Part shown: positions 36,654 to 45,440 of the stretch, piece after piece | How the letters are laid out: each line of letters begins with the position of its first letter | How positions within the stretch are numbered: position 1 is the stretch's first letter | Origin: a virus | Taxonomy: Duplodnaviria; Caudoviricetes | Virus record (IMG/VR): IMGVR_UViG_3300023109_001408 | Coordinates: 1 to 54,409 of that record | DNA: 54,409 bases | Strand: one strand, 5' to 3' | Made by a program: the position numbers and the translations under genes | Notes under the pieces: generated by a model | What the model saw: the letters and a program-made list of their open reading frames with translations, nothing else | Databases searched by the model: none | Told to the model about the DNA's origin: nothing

Positions 36654-37133
36654 ATGCAACAGGAATCATACGAAGCGTACATGAGACGCAGAACAAGAGA
36701 AGAGGATGCTAAAATGGCAATCAATAATGCAAAACAAAATGCACAAAGAAGTATCTGGGTTACCTTTCGTAAAGAAGGTGTTCATTTATATCCTGGTGCT
36801 GATAAGGACCCTGCGCTCGCAACGGGTGATTGGGATGACGTTAGCTTTCTTGGTATTGCTCATCGTCACATCTTCCACTTTCGGGTGCGCATCGAGGTGT
36901 TCCACAACGACAGAGATATCGAGTTCATCCAATTCAAAAGATGGCTTGAAAGACTTTATTCTGAGCAAAGTTCGACCGACGGTCAAGTGCTCGTTCTAAA
37001 TCACAAGAGTTGCGAAATGATCGCAGACGAATTATACGAGATAATTTCAGCAAAATACCCAAGCCGATTTGTTGAAATTGAAGTTGCCGAAGACGGCGAA
37101 AACGGCTGTTCAATCTACTATCCCAAGTCATAA
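36654..37133 (+). CDS. QueD-like T-fold protein with LxxxHRHxF motif (DpdL-like)
   Basis: EGVH, LGIAHRHIF in place of QueD CxxxHGH, SCEMIA, EVAED. Confidence 0.65.
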   Translation: MQQESYEAYMRRRTREEDAKMAINNAKQNAQRSIWVTFRKEGVHLYPGADKDPALATGDWDDVSFLGIAHRHIFHFRVRIEVFHNDRDIEFIQFKRWLERLYSEQSSTDGQVLVLNHKSCEMIADELYEIISAKYPSRFVEIEVAEDGENGCSIYYPKS

Positions 37134-37152
37134 CAAAGAGGAATTATGAATT

Positions 37153-37383
37153 ATGACAATTGCAAATCCTGCAGTGAACAAAGTGTTCAACGATCTCGAC
37201 CAATTCCGAGACTATTGTCGCTTCGAAGGCAAAGTGTTTGATGAAAAAGCACTTTATAAAAAAGATGATCCTAATTGGATTGCCTATCAAAAATATCAAG
37301 GCTGGCTACGTGCTAAAGCTCGTAATGGCGGTAAGGACTTTGTTAAGAAAGACCGTCCGCGGATAAACAAACACAGGAATTAA
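37153..37383 (+). CDS. hypothetical protein
   Basis: GAGGA RBS; 76 aa. Confidence 0.6.
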   Translation: MTIANPAVNKVFNDLDQFRDYCRFEGKVFDEKALYKKDDPNWIAYQKYQGWLRAKARNGGKDFVKKDRPRINKHRN

Positions 37384-37385
37384 TT

Positions 37386-38444
37386 ATGACAATCTATATT
37401 GTAGACATCGAAGCAGTTGATACACGTTACACTAAACAATGGAAAGAGTATCTTCCAAAGCAATTGCGCCGAGCTACAAATGAAGATGTTGTAGTTATTA
37501 GCGGAGGAGATACGCCTCAGGCTACTACGCCTGGGGCTTTTCTTAACTTTGGCGGTACTAATGTTTACAAAAGTAAACAACTAGAAACTATCGGTGAAAT
37601 GTTCTGCAACGGACAAATTAAGGATGAAGATTATTTCCTATATACAGATGCTTGGAACCCTACTGTTATACAACTACGCTATATGGCAGAACTATTAGGC
37701 GTTGATATTCGTGTTGGTGGTTTATGGCATGCTGGTAGTTATGATCCTCAAGACTTCTTAGGCAGACTTATAGGTGATAAGCCTTGGGTTAGACATGCTG
37801 AGATGTCAATGTTTGAATGCTATGACGATAACTTCTTTGCAAGTGACTTCCACATTGACATGTTTACAGATGTATTTGACGAAGATTATGCATTAGACTG
37901 GGAGAAGATAAATCGTGTAGGCTGGCCTATGGAGTATCTAAAGAACAGTTTGGATAGTTACAAAGGTATGGAGAAACGAGACTTGATCTTGTTCCCACAT
38001 CGTGTTGCTCCAGAGAAACAAGTTGATATCTTTAGAGACTTAGCACACCAGCTTCCGCAATATGAATTTGTTGTGTGCCAAGATCAAGAACTTACAAAGA
38101 ATGAATATCATAACTTGCTAGGAGAAGCTAAACTTGTGTTTAGTGCTAACTTACAAGAAACACTTGGCATTAGTTGGTATGAAGGCGCACTAGTAGATGC
38201 TATTCCTATGGTGCCTGATAGACTCAGCTACAGTGAAATGGCACTGCCCGAGTTTAAATATCCAAGTGCGTGGACTGAAGATTATGATGCTTACTTGCAT
38301 AACAAAGACAAAGTAGTTGCACAAATTGTAAACTATATGGAAAATCACGAAGACTTACTTGTTAGCTTAGAAAAACAGCGTACTAAATTAAACAAAGATT
38401 TCTTTAGTGGTCAAGAACTTTATAAGGCAATTTCAAATGAATGA
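37386..38444 (+). CDS. GT-B fold glycosyltransferase (GT4-like)
   Basis: FPHR..PEK and ETLGISWYEG (Ex7E) motifs; PDRLSY.EM. Confidence 0.72.
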   Translation: MTIYIVDIEAVDTRYTKQWKEYLPKQLRRATNEDVVVISGGDTPQATTPGAFLNFGGTNVYKSKQLETIGEMFCNGQIKDEDYFLYTDAWNPTVIQLRYMAELLGVDIRVGGLWHAGSYDPQDFLGRLIGDKPWVRHAEMSMFECYDDNFFASDFHIDMFTDVFDEDYALDWEKINRVGWPMEYLKNSLDSYKGMEKRDLILFPHRVAPEKQVDIFRDLAHQLPQYEFVVCQDQELTKNEYHNLLGEAKLVFSANLQETLGISWYEGALVDAIPMVPDRLSYSEMALPEFKYPSAWTEDYDAYLHNKDKVVAQIVNYMENHEDLLVSLEKQRTKLNKDFFSGQELYKAISNE

Positions 38445-38760
38445 TGACGATCTTATATTAAGTGATGGTACTAGCACTATTACTATAACCGGTGCAAGTG
38501 ATATGGACAATAGTTGGGTATCCGTAGGAGATATTTCAACTACGACTATTAACATCGATGATATAATTTCAAATGATAGTGGATTTGATTGGGAGAATAT
38601 TAAAATTAGTCCCACACTATGGACCGAAACACTACCTGATGTTGACACGCTTTCAGCGATGTGCAATGAATATCCTGCACTTGCAAAAGCATATGAAAAC
38701 TTTAAAACTGTGTATAAATTAGTAGAACAAGATTACAAAGGCAAACAAGAAGATGATTAA
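38437..38760 (+). CDS. hypothetical protein
   Basis: C..YPAL.KAYENFKTVY.LV C-terminal motif; start moved to 38437. Confidence 0.55.
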   Translation: MNDDDLILSDGTSTITITGASDMDNSWVSVGDISTTTINIDDIISNDSGFDWENIKISPTLWTETLPDVDTLSAMCNEYPALAKAYENFKTVYKLVEQDYKGKQEDD

Positions 38761-39289
38761 GAAACATTATTATAGCTGGACTGATATTGAACGTATGTGT
38801 GTAAGCATCGTTAATCAAATGTACACTGACAACTGGCGTCCTGATTACATTGTAGGTCTTACACGCGGTGGCAATGTGCCTGCTACTATTATTAGTAATA
38901 TGACTGGCATACGTTGCGAAGCACTTAAAGTAAGTTTGCGTGACGATGACATGGGTCCTGAAAGTAACTTGTGGATGTCAGAAGATGCGTTTGGATACAA
39001 CGATGGCACAATTGTTTCAGCAGGTCCTTTACATAAGAATATTTTAATTGTAGATGATATCAATGATACTGGTAGTACATTTAATTGGATCAAACAAGAT
39101 TGGCAAGCAAGTTGTTTACCAGATGATTCTAGATGGGAACGTGTATGGGATCAGAATGTTCGGTTTGCTACATTAACAGAAAACCTAGCAAGCGATTTTA
39201 GTCAAGTACGATACACTTGTCATGAAATCAACAAAGCAGAAGAAGACGTATGGCTCGTTTATCCTTGGGAAAATGTAGCCGAATACTAA
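38753..39289 (+). CDS. type I phosphoribosyltransferase (purine PRT-like)
   Basis: GLTRGG, PRPP loop ILIVDDINDTGST, WLVYPWE. Confidence 0.85.
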   Translation: MIKKHYYSWTDIERMCVSIVNQMYTDNWRPDYIVGLTRGGNVPATIISNMTGIRCEALKVSLRDDDMGPESNLWMSEDAFGYNDGTIVSAGPLHKNILIVDDINDTGSTFNWIKQDWQASCLPDDSRWERVWDQNVRFATLTENLASDFSQVRYTCHEINKAEEDVWLVYPWENVAEY

Positions 39290-39308
39290 ATCATAATAAG
39301 GAAAGGAA

Positions 39309-39518
39309 ATGATTTTGAAAGAACAATTAGTAAAAGCCGCACGTATGCATGCCGAAGGTGAGCTAGAACGTGCAAAAACAAATATCATGGTGTATATGAA
39401 TCAAAGTGTTGGCATTGGTGAACACAGCGATATTGTAGAAGCTATTCAGGAAGAACTTGACAAGATGGCAAGTGCAACTGATCGTATTGAAATGTTAGAA
39501 AAATATTTTAGTGCTTGA
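39309..39518 (+). CDS. small hypothetical protein
   Basis: VGIGEH motif; AGGA RBS. Confidence 0.6.
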   Translation: MILKEQLVKAARMHAEGELERAKTNIMVYMNQSVGIGEHSDIVEAIQEELDKMASATDRIEMLEKYFSA

Positions 39519-39543
39519 CAAAAACCTAAATACAATGTATAAT
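39515..39543 (+). promoter_or_regulatory. consensus sigma70 promoter upstream of folE
   Basis: TTGACA-17 bp-TATAAT, perfect match. Confidence 0.78.
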
Positions 39544-39598
39544 TTAAACTATATTGTACATTGTATATGACATCCTCGTCAATAACTCGGAGAAATAA

Positions 39599-40282
39599 AT
39601 GAGCAAAAGTGAAGAAATTAAAGCCCGCCTAGTACAGGCAAAGCAACGCTACTGGGCCGGTGACAACATTAGTGCAGTGTTGCAAGAAGGCGATAAAGAA
39701 CAACTTATCAACGAAGCTACTACAGCATTTGAAAGTGTACTAGATGCACTTGTAATTGATAGATATCAAGATCCTAACAGCAAAGGCACAGCACATCGCC
39801 TTGCTAAAATGTACTACAATGAGATTATGGCAGGACGTTATGATGCGGCACCTAGTGCAACTGCATTTCCAAACGACAGCGATGATCGCTATGAAGGTAT
39901 GTTGGTAGTGCGTTCGGAACTAAAGAGTATGTGTTCACATCACCATCAGCCAGTAGCTGGTATTGCGTACATTGGTATTATTGCCGCAGACAAACTAATT
40001 GGTCTAAGCAAGTACACACGTATTGCACAATGGTGTGCTAGACGCGGAACACTGCAAGAAGAACTTGCTAATGATATTGCTAGAGAGATTCAAGCCGCAA
40101 CTAATGCAGAACACTTAGGTGTGTACATTCAAGCAACACATGGCTGTTGTGAGAATCGCGGCATTATGGCACACAGTAGTTTAACACAAACTACAGTACT
40201 ACGTGGTGCATTTAAAGATGACCATGGCACAAAGAAAGAGTTCTTTGATAATATTAAACTACAACAGGAGTTTAGTTGCTAA
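39599..40282 (+). CDS. folE: GTP cyclohydrolase I
   Basis: SMCSHH, IGLSK, LQE, HGC..RG motifs. Confidence 0.93.
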   Translation: MSKSEEIKARLVQAKQRYWAGDNISAVLQEGDKEQLINEATTAFESVLDALVIDRYQDPNSKGTAHRLAKMYYNEIMAGRYDAAPSATAFPNDSDDRYEGMLVVRSELKSMCSHHHQPVAGIAYIGIIAADKLIGLSKYTRIAQWCARRGTLQEELANDIAREIQAATNAEHLGVYIQATHGCCENRGIMAHSSLTQTTVLRGAFKDDHGTKKEFFDNIKLQQEFSC

Positions 40283-40392
40283 TGGGTGATTATATTGCAG
40301 TGCGTATAGCACAAGTGTTTATTGTAGCAGTATTTGTTATGGGAATGATCGGTTTAGGTATTGAACTATATACAGGAAGGTTGCCGCTATGA
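40282..40392 (+). CDS. very small membrane peptide (36 aa)
   Basis: Not in the track; TAATG and ATGA couplings at both ends; one TM helix. Confidence 0.45.
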   Translation: MGDYIAVRIAQVFIVAVFVMGMIGLGIELYTGRLPL

Positions 40393-41282
40393 AACTAAGA
40401 TACTCAGAAGCGTTTTATAGTGTGCAAGGTGAAGGTAAATTTGTAGGAGTACCTAGTGTATTCCTGCGCACTTTCGGTTGTAACTTTCGTTGCATGAACT
40501 TTGGTACAGATGAAAAACGTAACCGAACAGAATTACACGCTGACGGTATTAAACACAATCCTGAAGTAGCAGATTTAATTGCTAAGGATGTACACAAAAC
40601 AACTAAAGAGTTTAATGACTTGCCTATTATACATACAGGCTGTGATACATACGCAAGTATCTATCCAGAGTTTAAACACTTTAATCGACAAGCAACTGTA
40701 GACGAAGTAGTTGAACACTTGCTATCGCTCACTCCGAATGGTAAGTGGGTGCAAGATAATGGACAAGATGTTCATTTGATTATGACAGGCGGAGAGCCGC
40801 TACTTGCTTGGCAACGGTTGTATGTTGAGCTATTCGAACACCCACGTATGCAGGATTTAAAAAATGTTACATTTGAAACAAACACTACACAAGTACTCAA
40901 AGACGATTTCTTTGATTATCTCAGCAATCAAGAGCGATTTGAAGTCACTTGGAGTTGTTCCCCAAAACTTAGTGTCTCAGGAGAACCTTGGGAGACTGCT
41001 ATTAAGCCTGATGTTGCTAGTCAGTATAACAGTGTTAATGGTAGTGAACTTTATCTTAAGTTTGTTGTGGCTACTAATGATGACTTTGAAGAAGTTAAAA
41101 GAGCTGTGGACGCTTACAGAAGTGCCGGGGTACAATGTCCGGTATACCTTATGCCGTTGGGTGGACGCAGTGAAGAATACGCCCTCAACGTTAAAGACGT
41201 GGCGGAAGCGTGTATGGCAGAAGGATGGAGATTTACCCCAAGGCTCCACATATCCTTATTCGGAAATGCATGGGGCACTTGA
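40389..41282 (+). CDS. queE: 7-carboxy-7-deazaguanine synthase (radical SAM)
   Basis: E.FYSVQGEG, VFLRTFGCN..C, CDT, TGGEP, ETN, SPKL, LKFVV, PRLH. Confidence 0.88.
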   Translation: MKLRYSEAFYSVQGEGKFVGVPSVFLRTFGCNFRCMNFGTDEKRNRTELHADGIKHNPEVADLIAKDVHKTTKEFNDLPIIHTGCDTYASIYPEFKHFNRQATVDEVVEHLLSLTPNGKWVQDNGQDVHLIMTGGEPLLAWQRLYVELFEHPRMQDLKNVTFETNTTQVLKDDFFDYLSNQERFEVTWSCSPKLSVSGEPWETAIKPDVASQYNSVNGSELYLKFVVATNDDFEEVKRAVDAYRSAGVQCPVYLMPLGGRSEEYALNVKDVAEACMAEGWRFTPRLHISLFGNAWGT

Positions 41283-41369
41283 TCAAGTGCAAAAAGAAAA
41301 ACTTGATAAAGCAATGCAAGCACCTATTAACAAAAACTTAGACGAAGAACTAAGACAAAAAGGACTAAT

Positions 41370-42458
41370 ATGAATCACATTTTTACAAGCGAATCAGTAA
41401 GTGACGGACACCCAGATAAGGTAGCAGATCAAATATCTGATGCGCTTGTTGATGCTGGATTAGCCGCAGGCGATACAACAACAAGAGTAGCAGTTGAAAC
41501 ACTAGTAACTACCAATATGGTTACTCTAGCAGGAGAAGTTAAGAACTTTAATGTAACTAGAGATGAAGTAGAAAACATTGTTCGAAACAAAGTTAAAGAA
41601 ATTGGCTACGATCAGAATGGATTTTCTTGGCACAAGTTAAAGTTATATAATGAAATACATGAACAAAGTGCAGACATTGCACTAGGTACAGACGACTTTG
41701 GTGCAGGAGATCAAGGACTTATGTTTGGTTATGCTTGCAATCATACCGATAGTATGATGCCTGCACCTATTCATTACAGTCACAAGATACTAGAAAATTT
41801 AAAAGCAAAGCGTGGTAATGTATTAGGTCCTGATGCTAAGAGTCAAGTAAGTGTCGAGTACAATGGCGCAAGACGTGAAGGTGTTATCAAACGTATTGAT
41901 CAAATTGTAGTTAGCACACAGCACACAGAAGGTTGTATAGAAGAAGCAAGACATTTGTGTAAACTTGCAGCAATGGAAGAACTAGGAAACTTAATTGATG
42001 AAAACACTGTATGGCATCTTAATCCTACTGGTAACTTTGTTATTGGTGGTCCTGATGGTGATAGCGGACTTACTGGACGTAAAATTATTGTGGACACTTA
42101 TGGTGGTTTTGCTCCTCATGGTGGCGGTGCGTTTAGTGGCAAAGATCCAACAAAAGTCGACCGAAGTGCAGCCTACATGGCACGATGGCTTGCCAAAAAT
42201 GTAGTAGCAGATGAAATGGCAGACTGGTGTAACATACAACTAAGTTACGCTATTGGTGTTAAGCAACCTACAAGCATTTATGTTGATTCAAATGGACACA
42301 ATCGCAGTATTGAAAAGTTTATTCGAAACGAGATTGATCTAAGTCCAAAAGGAATCATTGACAGATTTGACTTATTCAACTATACTAATTATAGTAACAA
42401 TTGTACTTACGGACACTTTGGTGACAAAGATGTGCCTTGGGAAAGGATAGGATGGTAA
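41370..42458 (+). CDS. metK: S-adenosylmethionine synthetase
   Basis: FTSESV..GHPDK, GAGDQG, GGGAFSGKD.TKVDRS. Confidence 0.96.
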   Translation: MNHIFTSESVSDGHPDKVADQISDALVDAGLAAGDTTTRVAVETLVTTNMVTLAGEVKNFNVTRDEVENIVRNKVKEIGYDQNGFSWHKLKLYNEIHEQSADIALGTDDFGAGDQGLMFGYACNHTDSMMPAPIHYSHKILENLKAKRGNVLGPDAKSQVSVEYNGARREGVIKRIDQIVVSTQHTEGCIEEARHLCKLAAMEELGNLIDENTVWHLNPTGNFVIGGPDGDSGLTGRKIIVDTYGGFAPHGGGAFSGKDPTKVDRSAAYMARWLAKNVVADEMADWCNIQLSYAIGVKQPTSIYVDSNGHNRSIEKFIRNEIDLSPKGIIDRFDLFNYTNYSNNCTYGHFGDKDVPWERIGW

Positions 42459-42459
42459 T

Positions 42460-42852
42460 ATGAAAAATTTTATAAAAAAACTAACTGGTATGGATAAAGT
42501 AGAAGCTGAGAAAGCGCAAGTTGAATCTGAAAAGATGGAACTTCTTAAGCAACGCGATCCTAAAGAATACCACACACGCAAAAAAGAACCTTGGGTTAAT
42601 GTAATTGATGTTAAGGTTAATGAACAAAATGTTCGCAACGGCTTTTTTGAACTTGATTGGAACAAATACTTTATTGCTCAACTTGTGCAAGCAGGATATG
42701 GAGTTGACAATGATCCAGAAGAGGAAATTGTAGATCGTTGGTTCCGTGATATTGTTTATAATATGTTGGAAGAAGATGGTCAAAGTACTGATAGAGGCGC
42801 AGGATATATTAATGTTGTTCCTATTAGTAAAGGTAAGGCAGAAGTTAGTTGA
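42460..42852 (+). CDS. hypothetical phage protein
   Basis: GFFELDWN motif; 130 aa. Confidence 0.7.
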   Translation: MKNFIKKLTGMDKVEAEKAQVESEKMELLKQRDPKEYHTRKKEPWVNVIDVKVNEQNVRNGFFELDWNKYFIAQLVQAGYGVDNDPEEEIVDRWFRDIVYNMLEEDGQSTDRGAGYINVVPISKGKAEVS

Positions 42853-42877
42853 CAATGATGTGTAACTATGTTATACT
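42849..42877 (+). promoter_or_regulatory. sigma70-type promoter
   Basis: TTGACA-17 bp-TATACT with extended -10 TG. Confidence 0.7.
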
Positions 42878-42909
42878 ATATTTAAATTAACACAATAAAA
42901 GGCAATACA

Positions 42910-43896
42910 ATGGCAACTTATGTACTAGTAGATACTGCAAATACTTTCTTTAGAGCTCGGCACGTTGTACGCGGCGATATTGATACAAAAGCAGGCATGG
43001 CAATTCATATTACACTCAACAGTGTAAAGAAAGCATGGACTGACTTTGATGCTGATCATGTTGTGTTTTGTTTAGAAGGACGCAGCTGGCGTAAAGACTA
43101 TTACGAACCTTACAAGCGCAATCGACAAGTAGCACGTGATGCACTTACTCCTGCACAGCAAGAAGAAGATACTGTGTTTTGGGAGCTCTTTGATGAGTTT
43201 AAAGACTTTGTTAGTGAAAAAACTAACTGTACTGTTATGCGTCATTCGCAGCTCGAAGCAGATGATTTAATTGCAGGTTGGGTACAAGCACACCCTAATG
43301 ACAATCATGTTATTATTAGTACTGACGGCGACTTTGCACAACTTGTTAGTCCTCGTGTACGTCAGTACAACGGTGTTAGTAATACTACAATTACACACGA
43401 AGGTTACTTTGATGACAAAGGTCTTCCTGTAATTGACAAGAAAACTAAAGAGCCTAAGGCAGCACCTGTGCCTGACTTTATGTTGTTTGAAAAGTGTATG
43501 CGTGGCGACACTAGTGACAATGTGTTTAGTGCTTACCCTGGTGTGCGTACAAAAGGCACTAAGAACAAAGTTGGCCTTAACGAAGCATTTGCAGACAAAG
43601 ACACTAAAGGCTTTAACTGGAATAACATGATGCTACAGCGTTGGACTGATCACAACGGCGAAGAGCATCGTGTACTAGATGACTATCAGCGTAATGTTGT
43701 ACTATGTGATTTGACTGCACAACCTGCAGATATTAGAGAGATAATTAATACTACTATTGCAGAAAATGCAAAGCCTAAAGAAGTATCGCAAGTAGGCATG
43801 CGTCTTATGAAATTCTGTGCTAAATGGGATATGCAACGTATTGCAGATCAGGCACAACATTATGCACAACCATTACAAGCGAGGTATCCAGTATGA
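42910..43896 (+). CDS. 5'-3' exonuclease / flap endonuclease (T4 RNase H-like)
   Basis: LVD.AN, WRK..Y..YK.NR, EADD, STDGDF.QL, GD.SDNV. Confidence 0.9.
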   Translation: MATYVLVDTANTFFRARHVVRGDIDTKAGMAIHITLNSVKKAWTDFDADHVVFCLEGRSWRKDYYEPYKRNRQVARDALTPAQQEEDTVFWELFDEFKDFVSEKTNCTVMRHSQLEADDLIAGWVQAHPNDNHVIISTDGDFAQLVSPRVRQYNGVSNTTITHEGYFDDKGLPVIDKKTKEPKAAPVPDFMLFEKCMRGDTSDNVFSAYPGVRTKGTKNKVGLNEAFADKDTKGFNWNNMMLQRWTDHNGEEHRVLDDYQRNVVLCDLTAQPADIREIINTTIAENAKPKEVSQVGMRLMKFCAKWDMQRIADQAQHYAQPLQARYPV

Positions 43897-44369
43897 CATT
43901 GAAAGCAAAACCTGTATTAAAAGATAAGTTTTGGATCATCGAAAACAACGAAGAACGAATTGGCACTATGTCATGGAATGACGATAGATACATGTTTTCT
44001 AGTCAAGTAGAAACATGTTTCTTTGATAATAAAAGACAAATGAAGCAAAGATTTGGCGCAGATATTATATGGAACGATGTTACTCCTAACAAAGAAGTAG
44101 ATACTGAATCTGCCTATATGGTACATGGATTTCCTACTAGTGTCCGACCACATAATACAGTGTTTGATATTAAACGTAAACTTCCGTTGTTTACTAAAAG
44201 TGATAGTTCAAAAAGTTCGTATTGTGCAGGATATTATATTATTCGTTTTGAAAAAGGTTGGGTTAAAAGTTTTTGTCCTAAACTAATTACTATTGAACGG
44301 TACGAGTCTAAAGGACCTTTTAAGTCAGAAATGGAAATGAGACTGGAATTACGCCGTGCAAAAAATTGA
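43893..44369 (+). CDS. hypothetical phage protein
   Basis: GAGGT RBS; YCAGYY...FCPK...GPFK motif. Confidence 0.7.
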   Translation: MTLKAKPVLKDKFWIIENNEERIGTMSWNDDRYMFSSQVETCFFDNKRQMKQRFGADIIWNDVTPNKEVDTESAYMVHGFPTSVRPHNTVFDIKRKLPLFTKSDSSKSSYCAGYYIIRFEKGWVKSFCPKLITIERYESKGPFKSEMEMRLELRRAKN

Positions 44370-44598
44370 ACCACTCAACACTATTCCTTTACAGCAGTTT
44401 CTAAATGCTGTAAAGTCTGCTGAACAAAGTCGCTCAAGAGAAATAAAACTTGATATTGCTACTGCCAAAACTTTAGCATTTACATTAGGAATTGTTATGA
44501 GTCGTTTACACGGAGATTTAGAAAAACTGGTAGTTGAATCTAATAATAAAGATGACGAAATGATACAAATTAACTTAGATGGCGGGTCCAACTTTTAA
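44356..44598 (+). CDS. hypothetical protein
   Basis: Coupled ORF ending LDGGSNF. Confidence 0.6.
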   Translation: MQKIEPLNTIPLQQFLNAVKSAEQSRSREIKLDIATAKTLAFTLGIVMSRLHGDLEKLVVESNNKDDEMIQINLDGGSNF

Positions 44599-44615
44599 TA
44601 TACGCAGTTAAAAGG

Positions 44616-44653
44616 ATAAATATATACGTAGTTAATAAGAGGATTACGTATAT
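44616..44653 (+). promoter_or_regulatory. late box ATAAATA plus a 12-bp hairpin over the RBS and start codon
   Basis: Box at 44616-44622; stem ATATACGTAGTT/GATTACGTATAT (two G-U pairs) overlaps GAGGA and ATG 44652. Confidence 0.6.
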
Positions 44654-44942
44654 GAGCAGACCTAAACCTAAAGTTATTTTAGAAAATATCAATAATAAAA
44701 CTTATAAAAGTGAACAAATTTTAGAAGCAGAAGCTATATGGGCAGTGTTTTATAAAGATAAAGCATTTAACCTAAAAAGCGCAAATGCTCTCACTAATTA
44801 TCCTGGTCCTAAGTATAAAAAGACTAGTTTTTCAAATCCCGGACACGCTCACAATCTTGCAAAAAAGATGAACTTAATGTTCAAATGTGAAGATTTTAAT
44901 GTTCACAAACTCACTAGCGGTGAAGTAGTTACAGAAGAATGA
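44652..44942 (+). CDS. hypothetical phage protein
   Basis: GAGGA RBS; MSRPKP N-terminus. Confidence 0.72.
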   Translation: MSRPKPKVILENINNKTYKSEQILEAEAIWAVFYKDKAFNLKSANALTNYPGPKYKKTSFSNPGHAHNLAKKMNLMFKCEDFNVHKLTSGEVVTEE

Positions 44943-45322
44943 ACTGGAAAGAAACTTATACTAAACTCTTTTTAAAAGAACTAGGTAAAAGTACAAATCC
45001 TGCATCTGTACAAGAATACATGCCTCTTTGGTGGAAGAATAATAGAAACAAAGATGAAGGCGGATTGCGTTTGACCGAGGCAGGGTTCGATGTCCTAACT
45101 TTAATAGACTTGACAACATATGACATACCATATCCGAGAGATGTACCATTATCTACTCAGGTTATTATACATCTTGATAAGTTTATCGACTGTCCTTATT
45201 ACTTGACCAACCGAAGTATTATAGTAACGAACGAAAAGAAAGCAGTCGAATTAACTCTTTTCAGCGGCGACTTACGCAAATATGGGCTTACAAAAGCAAT
45301 TACTAGACAAAAAAAATCCTAA
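44939..45322 (+). CDS. hypothetical phage protein
   Basis: Coupled ORF; GLRLTEAG motif. Confidence 0.7.
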   Translation: MNWKETYTKLFLKELGKSTNPASVQEYMPLWWKNNRNKDEGGLRLTEAGFDVLTLIDLTTYDIPYPRDVPLSTQVIIHLDKFIDCPYYLTNRSIIVTNEKKAVELTLFSGDLRKYGLTKAITRQKKS

Positions 45323-45353
45323 GTTGTTGTTTTTAAACAAATTCTTTTTTTAG

Positions 45354-45397
45354 ATAATGGTTGACAAATCCTGTAGATGTGTTATTATATATGTATA
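45354..45397 (+). promoter_or_regulatory. sigma70-type (early) promoter
   Basis: ATAATGG-TTGACA-16 bp-TATTAT with extended -10 and an AT-rich UP-like region. Confidence 0.65.
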
Positions 45398-45440
45398 GTT
45401 TAAATAAATGCACTGATATAAACACAGAGGGAAATACAAT

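Noticed and set aside
40864-41373. 169-aa alternative-frame ORF overlapping queE
   Set aside because: Mostly a frame shadow of queE. Only the last ~35 codons (from ATG 41266) might be a real small gene, and support is too weak to list it.
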